Part shown: positions 1 to 8,922 of the stretch, piece by piece
Position numbering within the stretch: position 1 is the stretch's first letter
Layout of the letters: each line of letters begins with the position of its first letter
Virus record (IMG/VR): IMGVR_UViG_3300027816_000087
Location: 1 to 64,000 of that record
Length of the DNA: 64,000 bases
Strand: one strand, 5' to 3'
Origin: a virus
Made by a program: the position numbers and the translations under genes
Notes under the pieces: generated by a model
What the model was told of the DNA's origin: nothing
The model's database searches: none
The model's input: only the letters and a program-made list of their open reading frames with translations

Positions 1-24
1 ATTAAATCATTAAAATTAAACATT

Positions 25-270
25 ATGGAAAAAGCAAAACGTATTGTATTAGGAGAAGGTGAAGTGGCAGGTCACAAACACATTCTTGAAAGTAAATCAA
101 ATATTTTTTACAAAGAAAATTTTAACTCAATTGACTTTGAACTCAAAGCATTAGGTGTACTCACACATGATGAGCATGCTAAAATGGTATTTGAACAAGG
201 TAAGTATAGAAGTTATAATCAGGTAGAATTCAACCCCTTTGATCAAACTGTTAATCGTGTATTTGATTAA
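25..270 (+). CDS. hypothetical phage protein (GEGEVAGHKH motif)
   Basis: 81-aa ORF with ATG after an A-rich leader; GE..GHxH and THDEH motifs; function unknown. Confidence 0.7.
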   Translation: MEKAKRIVLGEGEVAGHKHILESKSNIFYKENFNSIDFELKALGVLTHDEHAKMVFEQGKYRSYNQVEFNPFDQTVNRVFD

Positions 271-291
271 TAACTATAAAACCCAACAATT

Positions 292-441
292 ATGACAAAG
301 TACATGTCAGTTTCTGCAAACATTTGCAAAGAAAACAACGTTTATCGTGTTCGTTTCCAAAAGAACGGAAAACGTGTTAGCAAATATTTTGCAACAAAGA
401 AGGCTGCTATGCAGTTTAGAAAAGCAAAACTAGGATTTTAA
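292..441 (+). CDS. small basic protein, AP2/Arm-like DNA-binding domain (not in ORF track)
   Basis: Hand translation MTKYMSVSANICKENNVYRVRFQKNGKRVSKYFATKKAAMQFRKAKLGF (49 aa); YRVR..xNGKRxxKxFxTxxxA pattern; stop overlaps the helicase start (TAATG). Confidence 0.6.
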   Translation: MTKYMSVSANICKENNVYRVRFQKNGKRVSKYFATKKAAMQFRKAKLGF

Positions 442-1541
442 TGAACAAAAGAGAGCAAGTCCAAAAAGAAGCTCTTGATATTGCATTACAACATAAAAAA
501 TGTGGTTTAGCAATTTCAATGGGCGTAGGAAAAACTCTCATTGGTCTTAAATATCTTAAGCACTTTTGGGACAACAAGAGCATGAAAAGTGCTCTTGTTG
601 TAGCCCCAAAGTTGTCAATATTCCAATCTTGGCAAGATGACGCTGTAAAATTTGGTATTGATCCTGATATGATGGAGTGTATTAAATTCACTACATATCT
701 ATCATTACATAAAGAAGAACACAACTATGATATTGTCGTTCTTGACGAATGTCATTCTCTTCTTAGTTCACATTTAAGTTTTCTTGGAACATTTCCTGGT
801 AGAATACTAGGACTAACAGGTACACCTCCACGCTATCAAGACTCTGAAAAGGGTAAGATGGTTAAAGAGTTCTGTCCTATTAGATATAAGTATATTACAG
901 ATGATGCTGTAGAAGATGCAATTCTAAATGATTATCGCATAATTGTACATAGAATGGCTCTTTCTACAGATGCTAATATACCAGTGAAACTTAAAGACAA
1001 ATCATTTTACACATCAGAAGTAAAGAGTTACGAATATTGGAACTATAGAGTGTTAGATGCTCAGACAAAGAAGCAACAACAAATTGCTGCTGTAATGAGA
1101 ATGAGAGCAATTATGGAGTTTCCTACAAAAGAACGTTATGCAAAATCCTTGTTACAAGGAATAGATGATAAATGTATAATATTCTGTAATACACAAGATC
1201 AAGCTGATAGATTATGTAAAGACTCATATCATTCTAATAATCCTGATTCAGAAGAAAACTTAGAAAGATTTAAAAGAGGTGATATATACAAGCTTTCTTG
1301 TGTAATGCAGCTTAACGAGGGTGTAAATGTTCCCAACTTACGAAGTGGAATTATACTACACTCTTATGGAAACGAAAGAAAATCTAATCAACGTATTGGT
1401 AGATTGTTAAGGCTTAATCCTGATGAAACAGCAACAATACATATATTATGTTATGCAGGAACTGTTGATGAAAAATGGGTTACAGAAGCTCTTAAAGATC
1501 TAGACAAAGACAAAATTATGTATTACGATGTAAAGGTGTAA
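441..1541 (+). CDS. superfamily 2 DNA helicase (DExH box)
   Basis: Walker A MGVGKT, DECH, LTGT, LNEGVNVP and QRIGRLLR motifs. Confidence 0.9.
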   Translation: MNKREQVQKEALDIALQHKKCGLAISMGVGKTLIGLKYLKHFWDNKSMKSALVVAPKLSIFQSWQDDAVKFGIDPDMMECIKFTTYLSLHKEEHNYDIVVLDECHSLLSSHLSFLGTFPGRILGLTGTPPRYQDSEKGKMVKEFCPIRYKYITDDAVEDAILNDYRIIVHRMALSTDANIPVKLKDKSFYTSEVKSYEYWNYRVLDAQTKKQQQIAAVMRMRAIMEFPTKERYAKSLLQGIDDKCIIFCNTQDQADRLCKDSYHSNNPDSEENLERFKRGDIYKLSCVMQLNEGVNVPNLRSGIILHSYGNERKSNQRIGRLLRLNPDETATIHILCYAGTVDEKWVTEALKDLDKDKIMYYDVKV

Positions 1542-1543
1542 TT

Positions 1544-1939
1544 ATGGATTTAAATTTTGTAGGTAAATATGTCAAGAAAAGTGGAAGGCTAGAATTTGCT
1601 AGCCTTTCTTCTTCTAAACAATATGAGTTATTTGTTTCACGTCTACCGGAAGGACAAATAGTAGAATGTTTTTATGAAGCTACACATGATGATGGCACAC
1701 TTCCACAACTTGCTAAGCTTCATGCTATGATAAAAGCTTTAGCTACGCATATAGGTGAAACAGCTGAAAATATGAAGCTATTAGTAAAAGATAGAGCAGG
1801 ACTTTGTATAGCTAGAGAAGTGAGTGGTAAAGAATACTTTTTAGCAAAATCATTTGCAGAATGTTCTAAACAAGAACTATCACTTGCAATACAAGCAGCT
1901 ATAGAAATAGGAGAAGAAGTTAACTTTCTAGTTGGCTAG
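1544..1939 (+). CDS. hypothetical protein, possibly NinB/YbcN-like
   Basis: 131-aa ORF; TLPQLAKLHAMIKALA...SFAECSKQEL loosely resembles the NinB family; weak. Confidence 0.55.
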   Translation: MDLNFVGKYVKKSGRLEFASLSSSKQYELFVSRLPEGQIVECFYEATHDDGTLPQLAKLHAMIKALATHIGETAENMKLLVKDRAGLCIAREVSGKEYFLAKSFAECSKQELSLAIQAAIEIGEEVNFLVG

Positions 1940-2201
1940 GATCAGATTCATAACTAAGACCTTGTTCATCTGCTTTATCTTCAATATCTTTTAATAAAGC
2001 AGATAAGGTAACAATATGATCTACAATTTCATCATCTGTTTGTTTTTTTTCAACAATTATTGTTTTATACTCTTCTAATTTTTCTTTTGAAATATCTTTT
2101 AAAATAAAAAACAATAGCTGTTGAAGTCTAGATACAAATGATGTGCTTAATTTTATTTCAACTAAAACATCTGGTTTTAAAAACTTTAACTTTTCACTCA
2201 T
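1920..2201 (-). CDS. hypothetical protein (lone antisense gene)
   Basis: 93-aa ORF filling the gap between + genes; TAGATTTG promoter-like site upstream on the - strand. Confidence 0.65.
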   Translation of the reverse strand: MSEKLKFLKPDVLVEIKLSTSFVSRLQQLLFFILKDISKEKLEEYKTIIVEKKQTDDEIVDHIVTLSALLKDIEDKADEQGLSYESDPSQLES

Positions 2202-2215
2202 ATATTATTTTTTAC

Positions 2216-2223
2216 AAATCTAA
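2216..2223 (-). promoter_or_regulatory. putative Bacteroidota sigma -7 element (TAnnTTTG)
   Basis: - strand reads TAGATTTG, about 14 nt before the ATG at 2201. Confidence 0.4.
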
Positions 2224-2229
2224 GTAAAA

Positions 2230-2949
2230 ATGGAACAAACAACAATTAATTTAGAAGAAATTAAGGACAAACTTATTAAAAAGTTTGAAGGAACAGGATG
2301 GGATGTAAAACTACGCTCTTTTATAAAAAGTGATGATTTTAGTAAGATTATCAACACTTTATATGCTCAAAGAGAAGATGGTAAACGTTTCACTCCTCCC
2401 CTAAAATATGTATTTAACGCGTTTGAAAAGTGTAAACTAGATGATTTAAAAGTGGTAATTATAGGTCAAGATCCCTATCCACATTTAGGAGTGGCTGATG
2501 GATTAGCATTTAGCTGTAGTTTAACAGGTAAACCACAACCTAGTCTTAAGAATATATTTCAAGCTATAGAAGAAACTGTATATCAGGGATTTCCAACACA
2601 TCAAGATCCTGATTTAGAAAGATGGGCTGAACAAGGAGTGTTACTACTTAATACAGCACTCACCTGTCAAATAGATAAAGTGGGTAGTCAATATGATGTA
2701 TGGCAAGACTTTATATCATACATTATTGATATGCTTAGTCTTACAAATAGTGGAATCATATTTGTACTACTAGGAGCTAAAGCTCAAGAGCTGGAATCTC
2801 TTATAGGAAACAATCATTATGTATTAAAAGCATCGCACCCAGCATCTGCTGCTTATAGTGGAGGTAAATGGGATTGTAATGATGTATTTAATAAAGCGAA
2901 TGAGATTATAGAAAAAAATAACGGTAAATCATTTAAAATCAATTGGTAA
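2230..2949 (+). CDS. ung: uracil-DNA glycosylase, family 1
   Basis: GQDPY, GLAFS, PSLKNI, WAEQGVLLLN and SHPAS motifs. Confidence 0.95.
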   Translation: MEQTTINLEEIKDKLIKKFEGTGWDVKLRSFIKSDDFSKIINTLYAQREDGKRFTPPLKYVFNAFEKCKLDDLKVVIIGQDPYPHLGVADGLAFSCSLTGKPQPSLKNIFQAIEETVYQGFPTHQDPDLERWAEQGVLLLNTALTCQIDKVGSQYDVWQDFISYIIDMLSLTNSGIIFVLLGAKAQELESLIGNNHYVLKASHPASAAYSGGKWDCNDVFNKANEIIEKNNGKSFKINW

Positions 2950-3296
2950 TGGCAGTAAACAAAGTAGACTTATATGTAAGTCAAATTAAAGAATTATTAG
3001 ACCAAGGATACACATGGCTTGAAAAAGACAACCTTGGATATGGAAGTATAGAAACTAAATATGGAGCAAATGCTGTACAAATAGCAGCAATTAGAAAACA
3101 TCCTAAGCTTAAAGACTTAGAAACAAATATCACTATTTTTAATGTAATTGATGACTGCGATGAAACCACTGATAAAACCAAAAGATCTGCATCTACCAGG
3201 TCAACAGCTCCTGTGGAACAACCAATGGTATCTGTGGATACCAGAAAAACAAGTGTGGAATCTAATGACGCAGCAAACATCTTTGCAAATCTCTAA
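2949..3296 (+). CDS. hypothetical protein
   Basis: ATG overlaps the ung stop (TAATG); disordered S/T-rich C-terminus. Confidence 0.65.
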   Translation: MAVNKVDLYVSQIKELLDQGYTWLEKDNLGYGSIETKYGANAVQIAAIRKHPKLKDLETNITIFNVIDDCDETTDKTKRSASTRSTAPVEQPMVSVDTRKTSVESNDAANIFANL

Positions 3297-3306
3297 ACCT
3301 AAAACA

Positions 3307-4461
3307 ATGGCTAAAACAAAATCTATTACAAAACGTAAAGCATTAGAAACAAGAACAATTGAGACTTCCTTAATTAATAAGGAAGAAGTATTTAAGATGT
3401 TAGCATTAGCAGAATCTACAGGTTTACCTTTATTATTAGTAGGTCCTCCAGGTGTAGCTAAGACTAAAACTATTATAGAGTATGCAAAAGCGTGGTTAAA
3501 TAAAGATGGAGCTATGACAGCTCATGACTTTGCTAATAAAATGTATATTCTAGAAACTGACGAAGGCACTAAAGCATCAGAGATTAAAGGTATGCCAGAT
3601 CTTGGTAAGCTATTTACTAAGAATGAATATGAAATCAATGCTCCTATTGCAGATGCAGAGATTGTAATTATTAACGAGGTGGATAAGGCTAGTTCAGCAA
3701 TTAGGAATGCAATGCTTGGCGTTATGAACGAGAAGTTTCTATTCAATGGTAAAAGTAAGATTCCTTGTAAATGGAAGATATTCGTAGCCACTTGTAATGA
3801 AATTCCTAAAGAAGAAACCAACTCTCCTTTCTGGGATAGGTTTATTCTTAAAATGCAAGTGGGTAGGGTGTCAGCAGGTGAAATGAGTAAGTATTACCAA
3901 AAAGGTACACGTGAATATCGTGAGAAGTTTGATATTAGCATTCCTAACAAAGATGAAATATCTGCAATAGAGATTGCTACTAACAAACTAGAAAAATATC
4001 TTGAAGTGGGTTATCAATACAGCTCAGATAGAACTCTTACGTTTGTTCCTATGTTGGCTAAGTCTATTAGCTACATCTGGGATATTAGTGTAGATAAAGC
4101 TCTTGTTAAAACTGCACAGATTATGATTAGCTCTACAGCAGGTAGTGAGCTTTCTAATAAGCTTATGAATGCAGAGATGAAAGCAGTTGTAAACAAAGTG
4201 GAGATGCTGCATAGTTACACTACATCAGAACAACTTGAACTTGCAATTGCAGAGATTGAGAGTTTGATTAATGTGTACACTACACGTGGTCAAATTGATG
4301 AGTCTCAAGTGATGGAGATGGAAATGTCTATGTCATATATACTTAACAATCATCCTGCGTATAAAGGAAAAGTTAACAGTAGTGAATTTGATAGTATGTT
4401 AGAAAATGCTGAAGTTGAAGAGCATGCAAACAACGCTATTAATACACAGCACGATTTTTGA
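3307..4461 (+). CDS. MoxR/RavA-type AAA+ ATPase
   Basis: Walker A GPPGVAKT, IIINEVDKA, NAMLGVMNE, ATCNE and WDRF motifs; likely start MAKTKS at 3307; adjacent to a VWA gene. Confidence 0.85.
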   Translation: MAKTKSITKRKALETRTIETSLINKEEVFKMLALAESTGLPLLLVGPPGVAKTKTIIEYAKAWLNKDGAMTAHDFANKMYILETDEGTKASEIKGMPDLGKLFTKNEYEINAPIADAEIVIINEVDKASSAIRNAMLGVMNEKFLFNGKSKIPCKWKIFVATCNEIPKEETNSPFWDRFILKMQVGRVSAGEMSKYYQKGTREYREKFDISIPNKDEISAIEIATNKLEKYLEVGYQYSSDRTLTFVPMLAKSISYIWDISVDKALVKTAQIMISSTAGSELSNKLMNAEMKAVVNKVEMLHSYTTSEQLELAIAEIESLINVYTTRGQIDESQVMEMEMSMSYILNNHPAYKGKVNSSEFDSMLENAEVEEHANNAINTQHDF

Positions 4462-4481
4462 TTTTTGAGTGAAACAAAACG

Positions 4482-4507
4482 AGGGAGTGTTTCTACACTC
4501 CCTTTTT
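4482..4507 (+). terminator. intrinsic terminator-like hairpin
   Basis: AGGGAGTGT-TTCT-ACACTCCCT followed by a T run. Confidence 0.65.
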
Positions 4508-4527
4508 AATTTTTTAAATTAATTATT

Positions 4528-6021
4528 ATGAAATCAGGAGGAAGACAATATAAGAATGTATACACTATTCTTGAGAAAGTAAAGAAAGGAGAAATACAAT
4601 CTTATTATAAAGAAGAAGAAAGTTTATTCTCTAAATTAAAATTCTATAAAAAACCAGATCTTCTTAAACCTTATGTTCACTATATAGATGAAAGTAAGAT
4701 AGAAAGTATTGTTAAAAATTTTATGTGGGATTTTAATGAGGTAAAAAAAGAGTATCAAAAACTCAAAGAATTTATTCATAGATTACCTGTTGCAAAACAA
4801 ATAGGAGATAAAGCCTTTCACAAACTATTTATGGATAATTTTAGTAAAATTCCAGAACATCTATATTATGATATATTCAAGATGTACTATCATAAAATAG
4901 AAAAAATTGATTTTGAAGATAGAACTCCTGAAAATAAAATGAGATATAAGTTCTTAGAGAAAGGTAATAGTCCTGTAGGTAAAATTATGAGTGAAGGATC
5001 TAATTTAAAAAGTGCAATATTTACAAGAAATATTCTTTTCTATTTTGCTTTACAGCTTACTAAACTATCTCTTGAAGATCCAAAGAAAGCAGAAGACCTA
5101 CGTAAAAATCTAGAAAACTCTAATGACCTAAATGATTCTCAGTTTGACAATTTGATGAATAGTATGTTTGAAAGTGATGATGCTCAAAAAGAATTACAAG
5201 AGGCAGTGAATAAAGCTTCTAATTTTTGTAAGCAAATAGATGAAGCAGGAGATCAAGAAACTCAAGATATTCTATTTGACAACTGTACATCTCCAGATGG
5301 TGCAGGTAAACTTTCAACAGAGTTTATGAAAGAAGCTGCAGCAAATATGAAAAACATTAAATTTTCAATGAACTCTTTAAAAGATAAAATTAAGAAGCTT
5401 ATGGATAAAAGCACTTCTTATTTTTCTGCTAAGAAAGAAACAATCATTGAAGATTTATTTAATGCAGATAGTATTGCTGGGCTCGATGACTATTTAGAAT
5501 TTCATCCCAAACTAAGAAAGGTGTTTATAGAAGACATCAATGTAAAAGAAACAAAATCTATTGGAAAGATAGACTTATACGTAGATATTTCAGGATCTAT
5601 GAGTAACTCTTGTACAGAACAGGATGGGTTTAAAATATCTAGAATAGACTTTGCTAAGGCTTTTATTCTAAAAATGAAAGAATTAGATTTACTAAATGAA
5701 GTGTATATATTTAACACAAGAGTGAGAAAATATAAACAAGATGATTTTAGTATTGCTATTTTAGATGCTGATGGAGGCACTGAGATAACTAAAGTGGTAA
5801 ATAATATAAAAGCAAATAGTAACAATGCTATTATTATTACAGATGCTGAAGATAGATGTAATATTTATTCAGAAAAAGCCTTCTTTATAGGTGTTAAAGG
5901 TTGTAGATTTCATCATTTTGAGGCTGCTGCATTAAAACAATATGTAGATGCTGATCAAGTTGTTATATTTGATGGAGTGAAAATAACAAGAATTAATGAA
6001 GATGGTTTTCCAATTAAATAA
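4528..6021 (+). CDS. VWA (MIDAS) domain protein, ViaA-like partner of the MoxR ATPase
   Basis: C-terminal DISGSM, GGT and IIITDAE MIDAS elements; helical N-terminal region. Confidence 0.85.
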   Translation: MKSGGRQYKNVYTILEKVKKGEIQSYYKEEESLFSKLKFYKKPDLLKPYVHYIDESKIESIVKNFMWDFNEVKKEYQKLKEFIHRLPVAKQIGDKAFHKLFMDNFSKIPEHLYYDIFKMYYHKIEKIDFEDRTPENKMRYKFLEKGNSPVGKIMSEGSNLKSAIFTRNILFYFALQLTKLSLEDPKKAEDLRKNLENSNDLNDSQFDNLMNSMFESDDAQKELQEAVNKASNFCKQIDEAGDQETQDILFDNCTSPDGAGKLSTEFMKEAAANMKNIKFSMNSLKDKIKKLMDKSTSYFSAKKETIIEDLFNADSIAGLDDYLEFHPKLRKVFIEDINVKETKSIGKIDLYVDISGSMSNSCTEQDGFKISRIDFAKAFILKMKELDLLNEVYIFNTRVRKYKQDDFSIAILDADGGTEITKVVNNIKANSNNAIIITDAEDRCNIYSEKAFFIGVKGCRFHHFEAAALKQYVDADQVVIFDGVKITRINEDGFPIK

Positions 6022-6027
6022 GAAACA

Positions 6028-6064
6028 CAAAAAGCCCTCTGTAATAAGAGGGCTTGTTTCTTTT
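6028..6064. terminator. bidirectional terminator between convergent blocks
   Basis: AAGCCCTCT-GTAATA-AGAGGGCTT flanked by A and T runs. Confidence 0.7.
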
Positions 6065-6127
6065 CTAGCTGCATTCTAAGAGGGGTACGGAGAAGAGTGC
6101 ATTGTAATAACTAGAAATGGGTAGGAA

Positions 6128-6253
6128 TTAACGACCTTGTCCACGATATTGGGACACTTTCTTGCATTTAGGACCACGTGATTTAGCAGCTTTGCCACCT
6201 TTACGTTTACCAAATGTAATTTTTCTAGAGTCTGTAAGTTTACCTTTTGCCAT
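6128..6253 (-). CDS. small basic peptide ending YRGQGR (not in ORF track)
   Basis: Hand translation MAKGKLTDSRKITFGKRKGGKAAKSRGPKCKKVSQYRGQGR (41 aa); I recognise the YRGQG ending from small phage peptides. Confidence 0.65.
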   Translation of the reverse strand: MAKGKLTDSRKITFGKRKGGKAAKSRGPKCKKVSQYRGQGR

Positions 6254-6273
6254 TAATTTATGTGTTTATTGCT

Positions 6274-6729
6274 TTAGTTATTTGTAATAGATAATGTAGT
6301 TGGAATTTCACATGTACAAAGATTACTTAAACTACTTAAAAGAGTAAGACTTATTTCTTCAGGTCCTGAAACACTAAATGTTCCATAAAATGAAAAATTT
6401 TCATTTAAAACTTGAACTAGATCATTAATGTTATTAACTGTTACACTATTATCACTAATTATATTAAAATAATTAAATTCTCCTATTCCTCCTTCGCAGT
6501 TAGCTCCAGCTAATTGGAAAACTATTCCTGTTGTAGCAGGATAAACAAAACTATCTGTATTTCTTGTTAATGTACAAGTAGAAATGCTTGTAGTTTCACA
6601 ACATAAGTCTGCTGGAACCTCTTTCCATGTAGAAGGTCCATTGGGATGTGATCCTGCTGTGAGAATCAAGCTCCCAGGTACAATTTTTCCTTGTTTGCTG
6701 TACCTTACAAATGCGCGTTTTTTTGACAT
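6274..6729 (-). CDS. putative virion accessory protein, MSKKRAFVRY...CC family (paralog 1)
   Basis: N-terminal ~45 aa shared with the ORFs at 13211-13681 and 13800-14600. Confidence 0.75.
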   Translation of the reverse strand: MSKKRAFVRYSKQGKIVPGSLILTAGSHPNGPSTWKEVPADLCCETTSISTCTLTRNTDSFVYPATTGIVFQLAGANCEGGIGEFNYFNIISDNSVTVNNINDLVQVLNENFSFYGTFSVSGPEEISLTLLSSLSNLCTCEIPTTLSITNN

Positions 6730-6752
6730 TGTTTTTAATTTTTATTTGTTAA

Positions 6753-7253
6753 TTATACACTCTTATTATTTTTTCTTTTTAAAGCAGCCTCTCTCATTTT
6801 TGCTTTTCTTTCTTCACTATGAGGACCAATCTTTTTACCAAGTTTAGCTTTTTTCATCTTTTCTTTAGTTTCTTCTGTGTGACCCTTTCTTTTTTTACCT
6901 CTATTAGGTTGAGGTCTTCCTTTCATAGCTAAACTTCTTTTTATATTAGATTCTTTAGTTATAATTATGTTTTGATTACCTTCCCCTCCATCTGTCATGT
7001 TTACTAAAGGTCCTAATTTTAAATCTTTTCTACCTATTAGTTTTATATAAAATTTTTCTTTCTCTACAGCCTCCTCCCAACTTAAATTCTTTTCAACAAT
7101 TATTATGTTATATCCGTACTTATTAACAATATTGTGCCAATGATTATTTCTATTTTGTTTACTATGTGGTCTCTTTTCATTACCTATACCAACATAAAAT
7201 ATTTCTTGTTTTACTGGATTATAGTGAAAATATATACAATTATTATTGCTCAC
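6753..7253 (-). CDS. free-standing GIY-YIG homing endonuclease with NUMOD3 repeats
   Basis: IYFH...FYVGIG..KR, catalytic-type E and N (EKEKFYI, LVNMTDGGEG); HTEETKEKM and HSEERKAKM repeats. Confidence 0.85.
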   Translation of the reverse strand: MSNNNCIYFHYNPVKQEIFYVGIGNEKRPHSKQNRNNHWHNIVNKYGYNIIIVEKNLSWEEAVEKEKFYIKLIGRKDLKLGPLVNMTDGGEGNQNIIITKESNIKRSLAMKGRPQPNRGKKRKGHTEETKEKMKKAKLGKKIGPHSEERKAKMREAALKRKNNKSV

Positions 7254-7849
7254 GAGTACACTCTTATTTCTATTGGGGTGTTATTAGGTATCCCATCTTG
7301 TAAAGCTCCTTCAGTTTGAATAACTAATGTATTAATTGTTGATTCAGACCCACCAACAAATTGTATAGTTTGGCCTAACGAATCACCAGAATTTTGAACA
7401 GTTGGTGATATGGTTACAAAAGTTTTATTTTCATTAAACAAACCAATAGAATTAATATGATATACTCCAACATCATTATACGTAAACCAAATATTCCCAA
7501 TAGTATTCTCTAACACTGTTACTACTGGAGCTCCTTCTACATATGCTAAAGTACTACCTCCCCAATTATTGGGTGTAGTTCCTGTTGCTACAAATGATGT
7601 TCCTACATTATTATTTGGTGCTCCTACATTTGTAAAATCACCTCCAGAATTTTGTATAGTATATGTTACACCTACAATTAAATCTCCATCATTTCTTTCA
7701 GAACCAGTATCTCCACCACTCTGTGTTAATAAAGCTGTATACACTTTATATGAACCAGCTCCACTATCTAATAGAGCGTTCACCTTACAGCAAATAGATT
7801 TTATTTGCTTGTTAATGTTGTTTATCAATTCGTATAGTCCTAGTGCCAT
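7250..7849 (-). CDS. putative virion structural protein (NINKQ..CC leader; YKVYTALL...LENT...IEIRVY domain)
   Basis: G/T/N-rich beta-type composition; scaffold motifs shared with 11074-12651. Confidence 0.7.
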   Translation of the reverse strand: MALGLYELINNINKQIKSICCKVNALLDSGAGSYKVYTALLTQSGGDTGSERNDGDLIVGVTYTIQNSGGDFTNVGAPNNNVGTSFVATGTTPNNWGGSTLAYVEGAPVVTVLENTIGNIWFTYNDVGVYHINSIGLFNENKTFVTISPTVQNSGDSLGQTIQFVGGSESTINTLVIQTEGALQDGIPNNTPIEIRVYS

Positions 7850-7851
7850 AG

Positions 7852-8079
7852 TTATCTAAGTTTTAAAATTTTATTATCATCTATATATGCTTCTGTAGGT
7901 GTAGAAGATGATGACATTAATAACGGTTGATTAACTGTTAATACACCATCATAATAACTTACACCTAATAACACTGTATTTATTGCAATACTTGATATTA
8001 ATGTTTCTTCTGAAACACTAATTGTTAATGCTCCAAACTCCATTCCTTTAATTAACTGATCTTCTATATTATATTCCAT
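7852..8079 (-). CDS. hypothetical protein
   Basis: 75-aa ORF tightly packed in the operon. Confidence 0.6.
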   Translation of the reverse strand: MEYNIEDQLIKGMEFGALTISVSEETLISSIAINTVLLGVSYYDGVLTVNQPLLMSSSSTPTEAYIDDNKILKLR

Positions 8080-8090
8080 AATTTATTGTT

Positions 8091-8921
8091 TTACCATCCT
8101 GGAGGTATTGTAAAGTTTTCTCTTATAGTTATACCAAATGCTGGTATTGTTGTAACATTATTTACCCAAGATGTACTTGGTGAATATAAACTTATTGGAG
8201 TATTAGAAAGAGTTGCTGTAGCAGGTCCTCCAAAATATGAGTTATAAGGAAAAGGTAATGTAATTGTTCCAGGTAAATTTATTTGATTATACGGTTGATA
8301 TAAATAGTTATATCCTTCAAGTTCATTTCCTGTTGCATCAAAATCAATTCCTATCAAAAATAAACCATCATGAGCTACTCCAGTGCCTAATCCATTAGGA
8401 GAACTCACTCTTTTTACAAATGGTACAGCATTTCTAGTTGATAAAAATGTACTATTAATAATTTTTACAGCATATTGATAATTTTCTTTTATACTTGATA
8501 AAAGACCTGCGTTTGTAATAGTATCAAATGTAGTGTACGTAGGACTTACTGATTGTAATGGTGATAACGATGTTTCTCTGAGAGATCTTGTTAATCTTGT
8601 AGTAGCCCCACCCGTTGCTTCATAGTTTACAATCACCATATTTACAAAATTAGGATTGCTAGCACCGATACTTGCAACTGTATTACCATTATACCAACCA
8701 TTTCTTTGTGCTACAACTCCTTGTCTTAAACATGAATCTAATGAAAGAAACCAACTAGCTCTAAAAAATTCACCTGGTTGTGTTGTTGTGCTAGTTGTTG
8801 TACTAGTAGAAGTTGTAGTGGTACTAGGAGGAGGAGGCGTAGGCTCACAACAAAGCTGTTTGTTAATATTTGTTAACAACTTAAGTGTCTCTTCTAATTT
8901 ATCGTATATTCCTTGTGTCAT
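8091..8921 (-). CDS. putative virion decoration/fibre protein with CC leader and Pro/Thr linker
   Basis: NINKQLCC followed by EPTPPPPSTTTTSTSTTTSTTT and a beta-rich domain. Confidence 0.7.
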   Translation of the reverse strand: MTQGIYDKLEETLKLLTNINKQLCCEPTPPPPSTTTTSTSTTTSTTTQPGEFFRASWFLSLDSCLRQGVVAQRNGWYNGNTVASIGASNPNFVNMVIVNYEATGGATTRLTRSLRETSLSPLQSVSPTYTTFDTITNAGLLSSIKENYQYAVKIINSTFLSTRNAVPFVKRVSSPNGLGTGVAHDGLFLIGIDFDATGNELEGYNYLYQPYNQINLPGTITLPFPYNSYFGGPATATLSNTPISLYSPSTSWVNNVTTIPAFGITIRENFTIPPGW

Positions 8922-8922
8922 A

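Noticed and set aside
3148-3306. N-terminal extension of the MoxR ATPase given in the ORF track
   Set aside because: It overlaps the upstream gene by ~150 nt; the ATG at 3307 follows a typical A-rich leader.
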